This document shows, piece after piece, positions 28,438-36,637 of a stretch of DNA of 54,704 bases (positions are counted from its first letter, which is position 1; the number at the start of each line of letters is the position of its first letter). Source of the stretch: a virus (lineage: Duplodnaviria; Caudoviricetes); IMG/VR virus record IMGVR_UViG_3300008448_000108, positions 1-54,704 of that record, one strand, 5' to 3'. The notes below the pieces were generated by a model that was not told the origin of the DNA, did not search any database, and worked only from the letters and a program-made list of their open reading frames with translations. Made by a program: the position numbers and the translations under genes.

Positions 28438-28982
28438 GTTTCAGACCTTGTAACACCCCTAAATCCGCCACGCTTAAAAGGTTTTTGCACCTTTACTGGA
28501 GCTTGATCATTCATAACCCTTTGCTGATGAAGCCGACGCAATCTTTCAGCCTTTTGATCTATATCTTCGTTACCTTCGGATTCGTCATCTTCATCATCTT
28601 CTTGCGGAATAAACTCGGCAGCAACAGACCTACGGATATCTGATATATCATCTTCTTCAAATTCATTATCCACTTCATCATCTTCTGTGTGAGATACTTC
28701 ACGAGGTATAGATTTCCCAGAGCCTGACTTAACTAAATCCATTGCAATCTTTCCGAATCCATCTTTTAATTCATTAAATATAAACAAGGATAGATCGTAA
28801 ATTTGAGACTCGGAAAATCCGCTAGAAAATCGCTGTGAGGAAATCCTATTTTGAATCGAACCAATTATAGATGAATCACGACTAGAGAGTAATCCAGACC
28901 CACATGATGGGCAGATGTTTTTCATAAGTGCAAATCTCATCATCTCATTTACAGAGAACCCACATTCTTTACATTGAATCAT
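28434..28982 (-). CDS. Zinc-ribbon hypothetical protein with acidic C-half
   Basis: CKEC...CPSC; ATGA overlap with dnaE-C. Confidence 0.75.
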   Translation of the reverse strand: MIQCKECGFSVNEMMRFALMKNICPSCGSGLLSSRDSSIIGSIQNRISSQRFSSGFSESQIYDLSLFIFNELKDGFGKIAMDLVKSGSGKSIPREVSHTEDDEVDNEFEEDDISDIRRSVAAEFIPQEDDEDDESEGNEDIDQKAERLRRLHQQRVMNDQAPVKVQKPFKRGGFRGVTRSET

Positions 28983-30013
28983 ATTTTCTTCCCCAAAACA
29001 CCTTGTAGTAAAGCTAGAGATAATCCTCGTTGCCCCATGTATTCATCCACTTTGCAAATTGCTTTCATTGGCAGGCCATCACTTAAAACCGTCATATACT
29101 TCTCGTAATCATCCTGCCAAACTGTTAGTTCCGCTGTTGTTCCCTCTCCATCTTCAACTAAGTATTTGGCGAACTTTTTACCAATATTCTTACCGCGCTT
29201 AATCTTAAATTCTTTAACCAAGGATTTAATGATTACCTCTATTTTAATCTTCTCACCAACTTCTACGGAAGGAATTTTTCTTAGCGGAGTAATACTGGAA
29301 TCTTGCTTAAAGAACCCTTTAAATACTTCATGGAGAGATCCGCTGATTGTTCTTCCTAAAACCTCTCGCTCGTTAACCAGCAGATCCTTGCGTTCCCATT
29401 CATCATGGTACGTAGGGAGCTGAACCTGATCAATAGTTTTTCCTTTCTTTTTTTCCTTTTGAATTAGATCTCGGTAAGTGGCATAGTTGTCAAAGATATC
29501 TTTTCGGGTTCTACCTAGAGACTGAAACGCTCCAGCTTTTGCCATTGCTTCAATTACCCTTTTATTTACCACTCTAGCGTTAGTACGGTCAAAGAAATCT
29601 TCGATAGATTTATAGGGCTGCAGAGCTATAATCTCATCAATTGCAGTCTCTCCAACCCCTTTTAGTGCAGATAGGCCAGTAACAATTTCTTTGTCTTGTA
29701 ATGTCTTATATTTACCACCACTCTTATTCACATCTGGAGGAGTAATTACAATACCCATTTTAGAGCATTCATTTAGATACTCTAATGATTTATCGCTATT
29801 TGGATCCTCGCTATTAAGCAATGCGCACATAAATTGTGTTGGATAGTGACAGCGCAACCAAGCTGTATAGTATGAAATGTGAGAGTAGGAAACAGAGTGA
29901 GAGTTAGAAGTTAAAATACCATTTGACAAATAATACTGATGATCAGGATGCTCAACTTCTAGATCGTAAGTATCAGATTCGCTAACCTCTTTGATGGAGA
30001 GGATCTTTGCCAT
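28979..30013 (-). CDS. dnaE: DNA polymerase III alpha, C-terminal part (C-intein + HhH + OB fold)
   Basis: After 37 aa: SHSVSY..ISYYTAWLRCHYP, PPDVNKS, GLSALKGVG, VNKRVIEAMAKAGAF, EREVLG..ISG; own GGAGG RBS. Confidence 0.95.
   Translation of the reverse strand: MAKILSIKEVSESDTYDLEVEHPDHQYYLSNGILTSNSHSVSYSHISYYTAWLRCHYPTQFMCALLNSEDPNSDKSLEYLNECSKMGIVITPPDVNKSGGKYKTLQDKEIVTGLSALKGVGETAIDEIIALQPYKSIEDFFDRTNARVVNKRVIEAMAKAGAFQSLGRTRKDIFDNYATYRDLIQKEKKKGKTIDQVQLPTYHDEWERKDLLVNEREVLGRTISGSLHEVFKGFFKQDSSITPLRKIPSVEVGEKIKIEVIIKSLVKEFKIKRGKNIGKKFAKYLVEDGEGTTAELTVWQDDYEKYMTVLSDGLPMKAICKVDEYMGQRGLSLALLQGVLGKKI
29903..30013 (-). mobile_element. Split intein C-fragment (37 aa)
   Basis: MAKILSIKEV...TYDLEVEHPDHQYYLSNGILTSN|S: blocks F and G, terminal Asn, +1 Ser. 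Confidence 0.92.
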
Positions 30014-30027
30014 TATACCTCCGTATA

Positions 30028-30249
30028 TTATATTTTGATAAAGGCTGCCTCAGCAGTTCTAAGGCATATAGTTGCGCCACGAACTCGTACAACGACTGTA
30101 TCTAGTTTTGGGTTTATGGAAATGCACCTTATTATCGTACCAGGAATAAAACCCAATTCAAAAAGCCTTAGTCTAATCAAAGATTTAGGATCTATATTTT
30201 TAATAACAGCTTCAGCGTTCTCTTTCATTTCCAGCAAGCTGCCTTGCAT
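30028..30249 (-). CDS. feoA: FeoA-family SH3-like protein
   Basis: SLLEMKEN..AVI...RLRLFELGFIPG..I...VVRVRGATICLR..EA..I; AGGAG RBS. Confidence 0.85.
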   Translation of the reverse strand: MQGSLLEMKENAEAVIKNIDPKSLIRLRLFELGFIPGTIIRCISINPKLDTVVVRVRGATICLRTAEAAFIKI

Positions 30250-30736
30250 AAAACTCCTCAGATTCCTGTAAGGCTAAAATTAAAGCGACCCCTTCGGTAC
30301 TTGCATCACCTATTAAAGATCTAAACCATCCATCAGGCTTTAGCTCTAATTCCTCTCTGATACCTTCTATCACAGGAGAAACTACACCCCACTCCACCGA
30401 ATCATATCCATCAAAGTAGCAAAGATATACGGTTTCATCTTTGGCTGCAACTCTAATTAGCTGTAGTATAGCACCTAAAGTTGCTGGATCAGTAAGATCT
30501 GGAATGCAGCCAAAGGTTTCTGCAGTACACATATCACTTATATTTCTAATTCTAATCTCAGGCTTTAAATAATCTAACTTATCTGGGGCGCAATTTCTTA
30601 CGCCAAGCATTCCAGGGATCCATCTCCAAGACTTAAGCTTTACAGCCTTCTTGGCGAAATCGACCAATCGCTCATCCATCATCTTTGATTCCTCATGCTT
30701 TGTATATTGGCGGGAGGTTTTATAAGAAATATCCAT
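30212..30736 (-). CDS. Hypothetical phage protein (paralog of 32886..33233)
   Basis: AVK.K.WRWIPGM ... PDLTDPATLGAIL. Confidence 0.7.
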   Translation of the reverse strand: MDISYKTSRQYTKHEESKMMDERLVDFAKKAVKLKSWRWIPGMLGVRNCAPDKLDYLKPEIRIRNISDMCTAETFGCIPDLTDPATLGAILQLIRVAAKDETVYLCYFDGYDSVEWGVVSPVIEGIREELELKPDGWFRSLIGDASTEGVALILALQESEEFYARQLAGNERER

Positions 30737-30821
30737 CTAAGCCTCAGAATCACAAGGCTTAAAAGCCAAAGTATAAACTATAAAATTCGCATGATTTAAA
30801 TTATAAAGCACAGTCATTCTC

Positions 30822-31238
30822 CTAGCAGCCTTCCCAATTTTGATCTTCCAACCTGTAAACTGATATAATCGTTCCATCTTGTGGTGTAGTTACCAATCCA
30901 AAAAGTGGGGAAAAGTTTTGATTTAATGTAACGGTCAACCTTGACTCATTATTTACTTTTACTATCTGAGTAGAAATACTTCTACCATTTTGTGAATGAC
31001 CAGACTCGTTTAAAATCTGATTTAAATTTTGCTGAATATATTCGCAGGGAGATATATCGGACGCTTGGGAGTCGATTGTGGACGCAGCCCTGGCAGAAAG
31101 ATTAACCAAACCTAGTAACTGCTGTCTTTGGCTGAAATACCATCCATAATCAATTATTCCAGAGGATATAGATAAAAGGATTGGGAGTATCAATGCAAAT
31201 TCTACAGCTTGACTACCCCTTCTCTTCTTAATAATCAT
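30822..31238 (-). CDS. tadE: TadE-like pseudopilin
   Basis: Basic leader KKRRG|SQAVE (Glu at +5), hydrophobic helix FALILPILL, IIDYGWYF, SARAA. Confidence 0.85.
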   Translation of the reverse strand: MIIKKRRGSQAVEFALILPILLSISSGIIDYGWYFSQRQQLLGLVNLSARAASTIDSQASDISPCEYIQQNLNQILNESGHSQNGRSISTQIVKVNNESRLTVTLNQNFSPLFGLVTTPQDGTIISVYRLEDQNWEGC

Positions 31239-32494
31239 CTAACCACTCTCAATAGAGATATTAAAACTTCTTGATCTTCACAAGTGACATCATCACCTGA
31301 ATGAGGGACTCTGCTACCCTGACCTGCATCTAGAATTATATTATGATTGCCATTAGCCCTAATGCTTCTAGCCATAATTGTACCACGAAATTCTGCATTA
31401 CCATTTGGATAAACTTCTGATTCTGGCGCGTAAATATTTCCAGAAAAGGTTGTTCTGCCATTAATTCTTACAGTGCGTTCCCCTATAACTCTAATTTCAA
31501 AGCATTCTGGATGTGCAGTATTTCCAGTTACGCCACCACTCAAACTAACATTACCATTAACATAAATAATTGCAGGACTTACAATCCCTTGTGGGCTGGT
31601 ACATCCAGATGCTGCTCCTGAAATATTTATAGATTGGTTACTAGTCGTAGATAAGTCTCCATCTACAAAATAGCTTTCTCCAGAGTAAATAGTTGTAACA
31701 GTACCACCATTTCTTCCGCCTACTCTAACGCCATTAGGTAGGGCAGTATAATCATCAGGATATTCTACAGAGGGTAGAGTAACCTCTAAGCCCATTGGGG
31801 TTGTATCACCATTGAAAGTATAAGCACCGCCATGGGAATCAATACAGCTAATCCCATTGGTTGATTCGCAATCAGGCCCCATATGCATATCAATACCGTT
31901 CTGAACAGATAAGCTTCCACCAAGAGTTATAGATTCTGCATTCGTACATACAGAGCTATTTTCTAATGAGTAATTAATTCCAAGGCTAAAATTTCCTGTT
32001 AACTCAAGACTTTCTGAGGCAAACATAAGGCATGGCCATTCGTTTTCCATTACCGGAACACACTCGTTATTTCTAGTATAAACCTTTCCGGCTACAGATG
32101 ACGAAGATACATAGTAAGATTGATATCCAAAAAGTCCTCCAAAAACAGGAGGCAAGGATGGATTTGTAATTGTAACTTTTACATAGTCACCACTCTCAGT
32201 ATTCTCTACAAATCCACCATCTAAAGAAAAATCACCGATTTGAGTCTCGACTTGCTGATCTCTAATAAAGGAATTATAACTAATATGCATCCTAGCTAGA
32301 GAGGCTGACTCTCCATGCACTAGGGTAATATCATTTTCTTCTGAGTCTAAATATTCTGCAGCAGCTAATGCTGCAGAATCAGAAGCTAATTGAAGGTTTG
32401 ATTTCTCATAACCAATTAGGCTAAGATCAATAGCCAATGCTGCGAATCCTAAAAAAATTGGTAATGCTATTGCTGCATAAGTAGCTGTTCCCAT
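31235..32494 (-). CDS. TadG-like pilus-associated protein with C-terminal beta-solenoid/adhesin-like region
   Basis: Tad N-terminal pattern AIALPIFLGFAALAIDL...LQLASDSAALAAA; C-terminal YVNGNVSLSGG, FSGNIYAPES, FRGTIMA; several Cys. Confidence 0.75.
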   Translation of the reverse strand: MGTATYAAIALPIFLGFAALAIDLSLIGYEKSNLQLASDSAALAAAEYLDSEENDITLVHGESASLARMHISYNSFIRDQQVETQIGDFSLDGGFVENTESGDYVKVTITNPSLPPVFGGLFGYQSYYVSSSSVAGKVYTRNNECVPVMENEWPCLMFASESLELTGNFSLGINYSLENSSVCTNAESITLGGSLSVQNGIDMHMGPDCESTNGISCIDSHGGAYTFNGDTTPMGLEVTLPSVEYPDDYTALPNGVRVGGRNGGTVTTIYSGESYFVDGDLSTTSNQSINISGAASGCTSPQGIVSPAIIYVNGNVSLSGGVTGNTAHPECFEIRVIGERTVRINGRTTFSGNIYAPESEVYPNGNAEFRGTIMARSIRANGNHNIILDAGQGSRVPHSGDDVTCEDQEVLISLLRVVR

Positions 32495-32511
32495 GATTTA
32501 TTCCTTTTATA

Positions 32512-32838
32512 TTAATGTGTATTAGAATCCAAAGCAGCCCTAACTGCAGCATCCTTTGATTCTAGTAGCTTTCGGAGAGCAACTTCTGTCTCAGGGCTAT
32601 CAGGAGCACGTCGTGCTACCTTGTCTGCAAGCTCAGAAAATGGCTTTGAGACTTCTTGAAGGTGCAGTGGTAAATGATCAAACTTGAAATATTTCAAAGT
32701 TTTAGATAGCTGCAATGAGCTATAAACAACTGCCCCTACATAGTCAGGTACTGGCATAGAAACCATTACCTCGCCAGAACGAACTCTGACACATCCATTT
32801 GCCATACAATCTGGATTTGCGCAACAACATGTAATCAT
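32512..32838 (-). CDS. Small phage helical-hairpin protein (possible Acb2/Tad1-like fold)
   Basis: LKYFKFDHLPLHLQEVSKPF..LA...PDSPETEVALRKLLESKDAAVRA; AGGAG RBS. Confidence 0.6.
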   Translation of the reverse strand: MITCCCANPDCMANGCVRVRSGEVMVSMPVPDYVGAVVYSSLQLSKTLKYFKFDHLPLHLQEVSKPFSELADKVARRAPDSPETEVALRKLLESKDAAVRAALDSNTH

Positions 32839-32885
32839 AAAAACTCCTAAACCTATATTAAATATTAATAATTTGCAAAGTTAAT

Positions 32886-33233
32886 TTAAAAACTTTCAAG
32901 AGCTGTTAGTAATGCGTCTACCTCATTAGAATTCCTTAAGACTGTTGTGATCCATAGTTCAAAATTTCCAACACGCCATACATTTGCTCCTAAATGATAG
33001 GCAAATAAATCTGGTTTATTTGAGGAAAGTCTATTTAAATGTAATAAGCATCCTAATGTAGCTGGATCACTAAAATCTGGAATTAGTTCTGGAGGTAGAG
33101 AAAAATTAGCATCTACTCTTCCAGCTTCACCAGTTTCATAATCAACCCAACGCATACCATGTAGCCATTTCCAATTCTTACATCTGACCGCTCTCTGCCC
33201 TAGTTCTAATAACACTTCTAAAGGTAAATTCAT
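32886..33233 (-). CDS. Hypothetical phage protein (paralog of 30212..30736)
   Basis: AVRCKNWKWLHGM ... PDFSDPATLGCLL. Confidence 0.7.
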   Translation of the reverse strand: MNLPLEVLLELGQRAVRCKNWKWLHGMRWVDYETGEAGRVDANFSLPPELIPDFSDPATLGCLLHLNRLSSNKPDLFAYHLGANVWRVGNFELWITTVLRNSNEVDALLTALESF

Positions 33234-33236
33234 AGC

Positions 33237-33533
33237 TCATCCATAATGTTCACTATTTTTAATTGCAGTAATGGCATCTTCATAGGCTGCAGCACATAGA
33301 GGAATATCTGTAGAGTCCATCTTTCTCTTTAAGAACTCTAAAATTAATTTTCTTTCTCTCATTTCACCTAAGATTTCACTTGCTTCTGGATTCGGCCAAG
33401 ATGACCTATCTTCATAGTCTCGAATTATATTGTCTGCTTTGGCTACTAGTTGCCAAGCCCATTCTGCTGCAAATTCCTTATCCTCTAATCTGATAAAGAA
33501 TTCCTCAATAAAGTCATCTTTTGTATATAGCAT
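33237..33533 (-). CDS. Hypothetical protein (98 aa)
   Basis: GAGGA RBS directly after the dnaE-N stop; no nuclease motif seen. Confidence 0.65.
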   Translation of the reverse strand: MLYTKDDFIEEFFIRLEDKEFAAEWAWQLVAKADNIIRDYEDRSSWPNPEASEILGEMRERKLILEFLKRKMDSTDIPLCAAAYEDAITAIKNSEHYG

Positions 33534-33539
33534 ACTTCC

Positions 33540-36200
33540 TCACTTATTAACAACTATTTCTAGGTTATCTTCAATGATCTTACAGAGTGGTAACATCTCA
33601 CCTGTATTAGTTCTGAATTTATGATTAATTGTACATGTTACACTTGAGCCATTATCTAATTGTACTTCAAACACTTTTAGTTTTCCATGATAATGATTAT
33701 CTTTTACTTGAATAACTACATCTTTTCCGGACTCCTCATCTCTGCTACGAACCCAACATCCTGGCTGTACATTCTGAATTTCAACATCTTGCCAAAGTTC
33801 ACGCCCTGAAGAGTCTCTGGTCATGATGCTGATTAATTCATCAAACCTCAAGGAGCGGTTGAAGCCATATAGGCCAAATGGTTCAATTTGCTCATCCCAG
33901 ATTCTCTTTGCTTCTTCATATTTCATGCCAGATACTTTCATGCAATCTGCAATAAAATTAGCTTCTGTTTTAAGAACTAGATCTGGATCCTTACCCTTTA
34001 GCTTTGTAATTTTGCGAAGAGCATCTGCCTGGTTAAGATCCCAACCTGCACAATCCTTTGCGATTGTCATCATTCCTTCCTCATAAAGAGAGACGCCATA
34101 AGTTTTCTTTAGAGAGTTCTCCATTTTTGGATGAATATATTCAATATCTTCTACTCCAAGCTTTCTGTTGATATAATCATTTCTTTGATCTGGAGAACAG
34201 GAGGGGCGACCCAAGGCATTGATATCTGAGATTTCCTCAATGTTTCTTGGCTTAATCTTCATACAAAGTGGCGTTAGTGATGATTCCAACTGAAAGACAC
34301 CAGCAGTTTCACCTCGTCCAATCATCTTGAAGGTGTCTGTATCACCCAAGGGAATGTTATCAATCTCAATTTCTTCACCCTTGTTTTCTTTGATAATTCT
34401 AAAGGCATCATCAATAACATTTAAGGTATTCAAGCCAAGAAGGTCCATCTTGATTAGACCATTATCTTCACACCGAGTTTTTTCCCACTGAGTAACTACA
34501 AGCCCTGATTCAGCATCAATTCTTAGCGGAGCAACTTCATAAAGTGGACGATCACTAATAACTACACCTGCAGCATGAACACTCCAGTTTCTAGTTAGAC
34601 CTTGGAGCTTACAGGCGTTTTCATATAGCTCTGGATATTTTTTCATGTAGGCTGCAAACTCTTTGCTTTCTTTCATTGCCTGCTCTACGGTTTCTGAGTC
34701 GGGCATGATAGATGTTAAATGATTTGCAATTTTAAATGCTTCTGATTTATCACCACCTAATTCAAGGCTTCTGGCTACGTCTTTAATAATAACTTTTGGT
34801 GAGAGAGTAGACCAATTACTAATGGATGCAACCTTTTCTGCACCATATTTTTCTTTCAGATACTCTTTTACCTTTGCAGGGTCTGCGAAATCCGAATCAA
34901 TATCGGGGAAGCTTTTCTTCTCTTTATTCTGAAATCGCTCAAAAAGTAGATCATATTTTATGGGATCAACTGTTGTAATTCCAGTTAAATAGGCAACAAT
35001 CGAGCCTGCCGCGCTGCCTCTCGCGGGTCCGGTAGGCATCTTCTGATCTTTAGCCCAATTAATAAAATCTGCAACAATTAGCATATAAGAAGAGAAGTTC
35101 TTTTCCTCTAGTACGTTAAGCTCTTTTTTTACTCGATCCCAATATTCACGCTTCTGATCATCCGTTAAGTCTACTAGCTTCTCTTTAAATCCCATCATGC
35201 ATCGGTAACGTAGATAGGATTTATCCTCTTCTACATCAGGACAAGCCTTTGCACTCCAGCTTTTAAACTTCTGATAATCCTTTTCTTGCTGAATTGGAAA
35301 CTTTGGAAGAATAGCACCTTTTGGCTCAATATAAGTTGGATTGTCACAAGAATTTAAAATCTTGATAGAATTTTCCATTCCCTTCTTGGCAATATCTGGT
35401 CCAAAAAAGGATGTAATTTCTTCATATGTTTTAAGATACATATCTTGCACGCCATAACGAAATCTATCAGGATCATTCACTGGTTTCTTATCTTTGATGG
35501 CTAACATGAAATCGTGATACTTGGCGTGATCCTTATCTCGATAGTGTGCATCACAAGTGATAACGTATGGAATTTTTTTATCATGAGAAAGTCTAATCAT
35601 TGCTTCATTTAGCTTTCTTTGATTAACTTCCTTGCCATTCTTTCCTGTGGCTTGGAGATCATGTGGCTGGATCTCAAGGAAAAAACGATCTTTAAAAATA
35701 GCATTAAACCGATCAAGATAGCATAGGGCTTCTTGTTCGTTTTCTTCGGTAATTAGAGTTTTTGCAATCAGTCCATTAGAGCAGGCAGTAAGAGCAATAA
35801 CTCCTTGGTTGAATTGCTCAATATGCTCCCAAGAAAGTCGTGGGGTTTGCTTACCCATATAGCCAGAGACTTGATTCCGATAAGCCTCATAGTTTAGGCG
35901 AAGAATATTTCGATAACCTACTTCGTTTTGAGCAAGGAGAACCAAATGGTAATTCTTCTTATCAGCAAGATCTGGAGTGAAGTATGCCTCCATACCTGGA
36001 ATCAATTTAACTCCATGCTTCTTGCTAGCCTTCCAGGCATCAAAGATTGCAGTCATTGTACCGTGATCTGTAACTGCAACGCCAGGGTGATCTACCTCTT
36101 TTGCGCGAATAAATAAATCCTCTACATCATTCATACCGTCTAATGGAGAACCCAATTCGGTATGATTGTGCAAAGACACAAATGGTCCTGAAATTCCCAT
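33540..36200 (-). CDS. dnaE: DNA polymerase III alpha, N-terminal part (PHP + polymerase core + N-intein)
   Basis: SLHNHT, TDHG, GMEAY, CDAHY (PHP); GPARGSAAGS, FPDIDSDF, HAAGVVI, KMDLLGL, GVFQLES; extein ends ...LYGFNR. Confidence 0.95.
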   Translation of the reverse strand: MGISGPFVSLHNHTELGSPLDGMNDVEDLFIRAKEVDHPGVAVTDHGTMTAIFDAWKASKKHGVKLIPGMEAYFTPDLADKKNYHLVLLAQNEVGYRNILRLNYEAYRNQVSGYMGKQTPRLSWEHIEQFNQGVIALTACSNGLIAKTLITEENEQEALCYLDRFNAIFKDRFFLEIQPHDLQATGKNGKEVNQRKLNEAMIRLSHDKKIPYVITCDAHYRDKDHAKYHDFMLAIKDKKPVNDPDRFRYGVQDMYLKTYEEITSFFGPDIAKKGMENSIKILNSCDNPTYIEPKGAILPKFPIQQEKDYQKFKSWSAKACPDVEEDKSYLRYRCMMGFKEKLVDLTDDQKREYWDRVKKELNVLEEKNFSSYMLIVADFINWAKDQKMPTGPARGSAAGSIVAYLTGITTVDPIKYDLLFERFQNKEKKSFPDIDSDFADPAKVKEYLKEKYGAEKVASISNWSTLSPKVIIKDVARSLELGGDKSEAFKIANHLTSIMPDSETVEQAMKESKEFAAYMKKYPELYENACKLQGLTRNWSVHAAGVVISDRPLYEVAPLRIDAESGLVVTQWEKTRCEDNGLIKMDLLGLNTLNVIDDAFRIIKENKGEEIEIDNIPLGDTDTFKMIGRGETAGVFQLESSLTPLCMKIKPRNIEEISDINALGRPSCSPDQRNDYINRKLGVEDIEYIHPKMENSLKKTYGVSLYEEGMMTIAKDCAGWDLNQADALRKITKLKGKDPDLVLKTEANFIADCMKVSGMKYEEAKRIWDEQIEPFGLYGFNRSLRFDELISIMTRDSSGRELWQDVEIQNVQPGCWVRSRDEESGKDVVIQVKDNHYHGKLKVFEVQLDNGSSVTCTINHKFRTNTGEMLPLCKIIEDNLEIVVNK
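33543..33854 (-). mobile_element. Split intein N-fragment (104 aa, Ser1)
   Basis: Starts SLRFDELI right after YGFNR; IQNVQPG.WV; block B VTCTINHKF; stop after 104 aa. Confidence 0.9.
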
Positions 36201-36241
36201 ATTTCCTCCAGAATATTCTTTTGAAATTATTACAATATTCT

Positions 36242-36637
36242 CTAATCTATGTCTAGAATTATATTTTGATTGCCATAATGCCGTCTAGAACCTTTAGTTA
36301 TCATGGTAGTCTTACCAGCATTTAATGGCGGTCCAAAAGCAGAATATACTTTCTTTTTGAAAGTTTCATAACGATATTTAGCAAAGTACTGTTCAACAAC
36401 TGATTTATATGCAATAACGGTTTCATATCCATACCACTCTGCATATATAGCTTCAATTATTATTTTTGTTGTTTTGCCCACACCCCTATTTAGGCTTGGG
36501 ATATCGACATCTTTGTTTTCAAGAAAATGAGTAATTTTTTTAAATAACATCTCTCTAAATAAGGCAAGCCGCTGGATCTCCCAATCTTTTTGTGGAAGAA
36601 GTCCAGCGGCCTGATAGAAAGAGTCTATATCAATCAT
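36242..36637 (-). CDS. Hypothetical protein with isolated P-loop-like RGVGKTT
   Basis: Walker A-like motif in a protein too short for a full NTPase. Confidence 0.6.
   Translation of the reverse strand: MIDIDSFYQAAGLLPQKDWEIQRLALFREMLFKKITHFLENKDVDIPSLNRGVGKTTKIIIEAIYAEWYGYETVIAYKSVVEQYFAKYRYETFKKKVYSAFGPPLNAGKTTMITKGSRRHYGNQNIILDID

Noticed and set aside
33540-33854. dnaE-N as a truncated pseudogene or a group I intron-split gene
   Set aside because: Its C-terminal 104 aa carry intein blocks A/B, the matching C-intein restores the conserved motif, and the interval is filled with ordinary ORFs rather than intron structure
36242-36637. RGVGKTT protein as a functional helicase or terminase ATPase
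   Set aside because: Only 131 aa with no other convincing motifs; left as hypothetical
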